Source of the DNA: Promethearchaeota archaeon Loki_b32
GTDB taxonomy: Archaea; Asgardarchaeota; Lokiarchaeia; Sigyniarchaeales; SOKP01
Assembly: GCA_005223125.1 (NCBI GenBank)
Contig: NJBH01000003.1
Coordinates: forward strand, 96,001-160,000
Direction of reading: 5' to 3'
DNA: 64,000 nt
A model generated the notes under the pieces. It ran no database searches and was not told where the DNA came from. It worked only from the letters and a program-made list of their open reading frames with translations. This document shows positions 59,436 to 64,000 of the stretch, piece after piece; within the stretch, counting starts at the first letter, position 1, and every line of letters begins with the position of its first letter. The translations under genes were made by a program, and so were the position numbers.

Positions 59436-59984
59436 CTAAGTTTTCTCTGCTTTCGTCTTAGCTTCCTCCTTAATTCTCTCAACTCCCTTCGTAGCTTTCT
59501 CAGCCCTCTTCTTAGCGCCCTCAGCAACCTTCTTAGTTTTCTCTGCTTTCCGCTTAGCTTTCTCAGCTGCCTTCTCAGCTGCCTTCTCAGCTTTCTCAGT
59601 TGCCTTCTCAGCTTTCTCAGCTACCGTCTTAGCTACCTTTTCAGCTTTCTCAGTTTCCTTCTCAATATCCTTACTTTTTTTAACTACTTTCTCAGATACA
59701 TCCTTAGCTTTTATCTCAGCTTTCTCAGCAACCATCCTAGCTTTCTCAGCTACTTTCTCAGCTCTCTCAGCAATCATTTTAGTTTCCTCAGCTGCCTCAG
59801 ATCCTATTCGAGATTTTTTAGCGACTCTTAGTGTTTCCATTTCATATCTCGTATAATCCTCATTTGTTGCCTTCCTTATAGTCTTTACACCACATTTTTC
59901 ACAATATTCTGTTACTGTAGTTGTAAATTCTCCACATTCATCACAGACAAATTTAAATGTCTTTTTAAATGTTTTCATGTCCAA
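59436..59984 (-). CDS. Zinc ribbon plus AEK-repeat coiled-coil protein
   Basis: CDECG...CEKCG followed by about 110 aa of AEK/KA repeats. Confidence 0.75.
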   Translation of the reverse strand: MDMKTFKKTFKFVCDECGEFTTTVTEYCEKCGVKTIRKATNEDYTRYEMETLRVAKKSRIGSEAAEETKMIAERAEKVAEKARMVAEKAEIKAKDVSEKVVKKSKDIEKETEKAEKVAKTVAEKAEKATEKAEKAAEKAAEKAKRKAEKTKKVAEGAKKRAEKATKGVERIKEEAKTKAEKT

Positions 59985-60354
59985 AATTCTTCACATCTCT
60001 AAAATTTTTTTTTCTATACAATACTGACTATTCTTTACATTATTTAAAAATTGTTCACAATTATATATTTATTCGCATGGTATAGATAAATTCATGTTTT
60101 CTTAATAGATATAAATCGCATGAAATAAATTTAAATTAGAGGAGAACTAAACTTAATAATCTAATGTCGTATTTTTTAAAGAAACTTTTCTCTTGGATAT
60201 ACGAGGTTTCCACCTTAACAACTTATTATCTGAAAGATATGGGTGTTGGACGAGAACTAAAAAAGAAAATTTAAATTTTCAGATAATCAACAAATTTAAT
60301 CTATAATTTTTAAAATAAAATTTTAAATTAGACTTATTTTGATATTATTATATT

Positions 60355-61089
60355 ATGGTTGATTTAATCATATTTCTAAATTTTATTGGGATGATCTTTG
60401 AAATTTTTATCATCATTTTTGCTGCGATTTTACTAATACTTATATTAAAAAAGTATTTCATTAAGCGTCATAAACTAACTCGGCTGCTTTTAATAATTTT
60501 CACTTGCTATTTTCTTGCAATTCTCTTTTCTTGGATATCAAAAGTTTTTGTAGTTGTACAATTAAATGTGGTCCAGGATGGATCTATAATTACTTGGATG
60601 TATAATATAATATTAGGCTTTAGATTAAGTGAATTCTTCGTGACGATTGCCATTTTCTTATCTTATATATTAAAAGTAAATGTATTTGAAAAAGGATATA
60701 ATACCTTACAAAGATATATCATAATAATATATGGAATATTCGCATGCGTTTATGTTTTTATTTTCTATGAAGACGGTAATACTTTATTAGATATTATTGC
60801 GTTCTTAATTGTTTTCATATATATGGTTATGGTTTACGCACCCTTTTTACGAAGAGCAATAGAATCTTATCGTGGAGTAGATGTGAAGATTTATAAACAA
60901 GCCTTTTTATCATTAGCAATCATGTCTTTTAGTTTTATATTGATATTTCTCAATTTTGCAATCGACCGAGTATTAATCTTTTTAGGGAGCCCTGGTTTTA
61001 CAGTGTTTTATTTTCTAGCGTGGATTTTTGCTATAGTCGGAATTTTTGGAGCATATTATGGATATATTAGACCAAAATCTATTGAATAA
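60355..61089 (+). CDS. Seven-TM membrane protein
   Basis: Seven hydrophobic segments counted by eye; no soluble domain. Confidence 0.75.
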   Translation: MVDLIIFLNFIGMIFEIFIIIFAAILLILILKKYFIKRHKLTRLLLIIFTCYFLAILFSWISKVFVVVQLNVVQDGSIITWMYNIILGFRLSEFFVTIAIFLSYILKVNVFEKGYNTLQRYIIIIYGIFACVYVFIFYEDGNTLLDIIAFLIVFIYMVMVYAPFLRRAIESYRGVDVKIYKQAFLSLAIMSFSFILIFLNFAIDRVLIFLGSPGFTVFYFLAWIFAIVGIFGAYYGYIRPKSIE

Positions 61090-61178
61090 TAAATATTAAT
61101 TTTTTAAAAATTAAACATTAAATATTTTATATATATTTTTTTTTATTAACTTCATAGTTAATTTAAATATAATAATCT

Positions 61179-61601
61179 GTGATTTCTGTGGAAAAGGTAA
61201 TACAAGATATTTGGATATTAAATGATGCTGGCGCTGTCTTATATCATCGTATTTTTAATAAAAACGTTGATGACCAATTAATTGGTGCATTAATGTCTGC
61301 GTTAAACCTACTAGCGGAAGAATTAGAAAGAGGAGGTTTATCTAATTTCGAGATAAAAGACAAAAAATATATTATCCTGAAACAGCATGGATTATCTTTT
61401 ATTGTAAACTCTTCGAAAAAGACTAAGGAGAAAAAAATTAAAGAGGAAATGAAAAGTATTGTAAATAAATTCTTTAATTTATATCCAAAAGAGATGCTAA
61501 ATAACTGGGATAATGATGTAAGTATTTTTACTGATTTTGAAAAGCATATTAAAGATAGTTTGCAAGATACTATAGATAAATTCGAAAAAGCTTTTTGGTG
61601 A
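61179..61601 (+). CDS. Stand-alone longin-like domain protein (Asgard-type)
   Basis: IQDIWILNDAGAVLYHR...DDQLIGALMSALNLLAEEL...LSNFEI beta-beta-alpha-beta pattern. Confidence 0.65.
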   Translation: MISVEKVIQDIWILNDAGAVLYHRIFNKNVDDQLIGALMSALNLLAEELERGGLSNFEIKDKKYIILKQHGLSFIVNSSKKTKEKKIKEEMKSIVNKFFNLYPKEMLNNWDNDVSIFTDFEKHIKDSLQDTIDKFEKAFW

Positions 61602-61606
61602 TATGC

Positions 61607-62374
61607 TTAAAACCAGTAGTCTATCGTTGTATTCTTTAAAGGAACTTTTTTCTTAGACTTACGGGGTTTCCACTTTTTCAGCCCCTTTTCAGGTAAGTAG
61701 GGATGTTGAACAAGTGTATATTCTACATACCGATCATCATCATTTATCATTACTAGCACGTTTCCAAAATGAGAAAGGATTTTACCTCCTTTTGGTCTGA
61801 ATAGGGAATGCTCATGTAAGGGTGCTGTTATAATAATTAAAGGTTTTGTTTTCTCGAGCATTTGTTTAATTCCATCTATTGCTCGTAGCAGGTCTTCAAA
61901 AGTCTGTTTTTCATAGTTTTCGAACATGGTTGTAATCCCAGAGATTAACACAACTTTCACATCTTCAAGTGTAGAAAGTTTATTCTCCAATATTTCAACT
62001 GTTTGGTCCCAAGTAAAGGCCCTAGAGATCAGGATACTTTCCAAAACTTTCCGAGGAGACAAATTTTGGGAAACCGCAAACTTGCTTACATTATAAGGAT
62101 TAAACCGATTGTTTCCATCTATAAAGGCAACTCTAATACCTTCTCCAAGGCCTCCATTGATAAAAGCTTTCTGAGCAATAACAGCCGTTGTTAATAGAAT
62201 ATTGGTTGTAAGCTTCTTGTCTCCATAGAGCAGATAAACTAAATCTCTGTGAAACCCCCCAGAAAGCAACTCGTCTAGAGTAAGATCCCCACTTGAAACG
62301 AGTGGATAATGACTGTTTCTTTTAAACACCTTAAATCCATCATCATATGAGAGTAACGATTCTTCGAACGTCAT
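61607..62374 (-). CDS. RadA/Rad51-like protein with degenerate Walker A (PolB2-associated type)
   Basis: SSGDLTLDELLSGGF, LYGDKKLTT in place of GxxxxGKT, AFIDGNNRFNPY, ISRAFTWDQ; ATG 62374 preferred over track start 62407. Confidence 0.82.
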   Translation of the reverse strand: MTFEESLLSYDDGFKVFKRNSHYPLVSSGDLTLDELLSGGFHRDLVYLLYGDKKLTTNILLTTAVIAQKAFINGGLGEGIRVAFIDGNNRFNPYNVSKFAVSQNLSPRKVLESILISRAFTWDQTVEILENKLSTLEDVKVVLISGITTMFENYEKQTFEDLLRAIDGIKQMLEKTKPLIIITAPLHEHSLFRPKGGKILSHFGNVLVMINDDDRYVEYTLVQHPYLPEKGLKKWKPRKSKKKVPLKNTTIDYWF

Positions 62375-62716
62375 TATATGGAGTAAGAATTCTTCAAAAT
62401 AAAACAAAGATACACCGACAATTTTCTAAAATACATGCAATTTCTCCATAGTTTAGAAATATCATTTCTATTTTCAAGAAAAAGTGTTCTCTTAAAAGAA
62501 ACATTGTTTCATGGAGACGGAGAGGGGTAATTAAAAGTAAAAATAAAGTATAGAAAATATCTGAATATGGCTTAAGGGCGACAAAATTGATAAAATATTT
62601 TTGATCATATTTGGCAATATGGAGGATAACTAAAATCAAACTTTATAATAAGTGTTACAAAATAATATATTATCATTTTTTTAAATTATAAAAATCAAAA
62701 AAACCAATATATTAAA

Positions 62717-64000
62717 ATGTCATATAAAGATAGGTTTTGGAAGTCAAACTGGGACTCACATATTAAGGATTTGGATCCTAGAGAGTTCAATACTTCTTTT
62801 AACGAAACAATAAGAAGAACTTTTGAGGAACTTCCTGAAAAATTAGCTATTGCTTTTTATGGAACAGAAATTTCATACGGAGAATTGGATAAGCTATCTA
62901 ATGAATTTGCTCATATGCTTATTGAAAATGGAATGAAAAAAGGGGATGTTCTAGGAATAAATGTTGCTAATATTCCTGAATATGTAATTGGAATTTTGGG
63001 AGCAATGAAGGCAGGAGTAATTGTTTCTGGGGTTTCACCTCTTCTCTCAGCTGTTCAGATACAATATCAATTAAATGATTTAGGATCTGGTGGAAAACAA
63101 GTTGCACTTCTCACTTTAGATGCAATATTTGCAGGTCATATTACTAAAATTTATACAAAACTTCCTTCGTTAAAATTAGTCATAACCACAAGTGTGGGTG
63201 GTTTTATGCCAAAAATGTTAGCCAAGCTAGGAAAATTAGTAGGGAAAATCCCAAAAGGAAAAGTAACTCCATTAGAAGGAAAAACTGTCCTTGAATATCA
63301 TAAAGTCGTTAAAGGAAAATATTCTGATGAACTACCTGATGTTAAAATAAGTCCAGATGATATTATATTTATTCAATATACAGGTGGAACAACTGGTCCT
63401 CCAAAAGGGGCAAGGTTGAGTCACAGAAATTTCGTTGCAGATATTAAAATATTCCAACACTGGCTTAGTTGGGAATTTGGAACGGGTTTTGGATTATCAG
63501 GATTTCCATTTTTCCATATAGCAGGCGTATTTACTTGTGCGAATGTGATAATGTTAGGTTGGAGTCAGGTTCTAATCCCAAATCCAAGAGATACTGACCA
63601 TATTATAAAAGAAATGTTAAAATACAGACCCAATGTCTTAGCAAACGTGCCTACATTGTATCAAATGATAATAAAGAATCCTAAATTCAAGAAAATCGAT
63701 AAAGATATGATTAAGTATGCCGTATCTGCCGCTGCTCCTTTTCCAAAAGAATCACAGGAAATATTTGAAGGTGTTATAGGTAAAGGAAAAATAATAGAGT
63801 TATATGGGATGACTGAAACTTCACCATTAACAATAGGTAATCCTTCAAGAGGAACAAAGAAGTTAGGACATGTTGGTTTACCCTTCCCAAATGTAGAATT
63901 TAAATTATTAGATCCTGATACTGGTAAAGAAGTACCTTTAGGGGAACCTGGAGAAATCTGCATTAAAGGCCCAATGGTTATGGAAGGTTATCATAATAAA
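62717..64000 (+). CDS. fadD: Long-chain fatty acid--CoA ligase (runs off window)
   Basis: Not in the ORF track because it is truncated. MSYKDRFWKSNWD..., QYTGGTTGPPKGA, LYGMTETSP, GEICIKGPMVMEGY. Confidence 0.88.
   Translation, partial: MSYKDRFWKSNWDSHIKDLDPREFNTSFNETIRRTFEELPEKLAIAFYGTEISYGELDKLSNEFAHMLIENGMKKGDVLGINVANIPEYVIGILGAMKAGVIVSGVSPLLSAVQIQYQLNDLGSGGKQVALLTLDAIFAGHITKIYTKLPSLKLVITTSVGGFMPKMLAKLGKLVGKIPKGKVTPLEGKTVLEYHKVVKGKYSDELPDVKISPDDIIFIQYTGGTTGPPKGARLSHRNFVADIKIFQHWLSWEFGTGFGLSGFPFFHIAGVFTCANVIMLGWSQVLIPNPRDTDHIIKEMLKYRPNVLANVPTLYQMIIKNPKFKKIDKDMIKYAVSAAAPFPKESQEIFEGVIGKGKIIELYGMTETSPLTIGNPSRGTKKLGHVGLPFPNVEFKLLDPDTGKEVPLGEPGEICIKGPMVMEGYHNK

Noticed and set aside
60164-60274. 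36-codon ORF MSYFLKKLFSWIYEV...
   Set aside because: Too short, the SD-like GAGGAG is poorly spaced, and there is no motif support.
62394-62639. 81-aa ORF upstream of the RadA-like gene
   Set aside because: Its composition resembles translated AT-rich promoter DNA between divergent genes.
235-63963. Short antisense or overlapping ORFs in the track (e.g. 235..456, 2714..2926, 10811..11116, 22276..22617, 40073..40396, 43084..43458, 54742..55011, 63661..63963)
   Set aside because: They are shadows of well-supported genes on the opposite strand or in another frame and have no motifs of their own.

Overview
AT-rich archaeal chromosomal window. It is most likely Asgard archaeal (Lokiarchaeia-like), inferred from Tes, PolB1 plus PolB2, a BHB-type tRNA intron, GGTGA-type SD sites and a stand-alone longin-like protein. 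Core content: NAPRTase, tetraether synthase Tes, a dolichol/phytol kinase, PolB1, an intron-containing tRNA-Thr(UGU), an M42 peptidase, a Pit/DUF47/PhoU phosphate cluster, DapL, GH4 and GH20 glycosidases, a 3030-aa polytopic membrane protein, a Liv-type ABC operon with HEAT-repeat and acyl-CoA ligase genes, beta-oxidation genes, and a split PolB2/arCOG07300-like/RadA-like module. The most striking feature is absent from the ORF track: the 3' end of polB1 occurs twice. An orphan 120-codon polB1 tail (5452..5811, one nonsense codon, about 62% aa identity to the active tail by hand alignment) lies beyond a two-gene cassette encoding an unknown protein and a PD-(D/E)XK nuclease. This looks like a cassette that swapped in a foreign polymerase C-terminus. 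Also notable: a D-loop tRNA intron, two genes that appear to need ATT/ATA starts, clustered CTATATAG operator-like repeats at the phosphate genes, and several small ORFs below the track cutoff. All family assignments come from motif recognition by eye; no searches were run.
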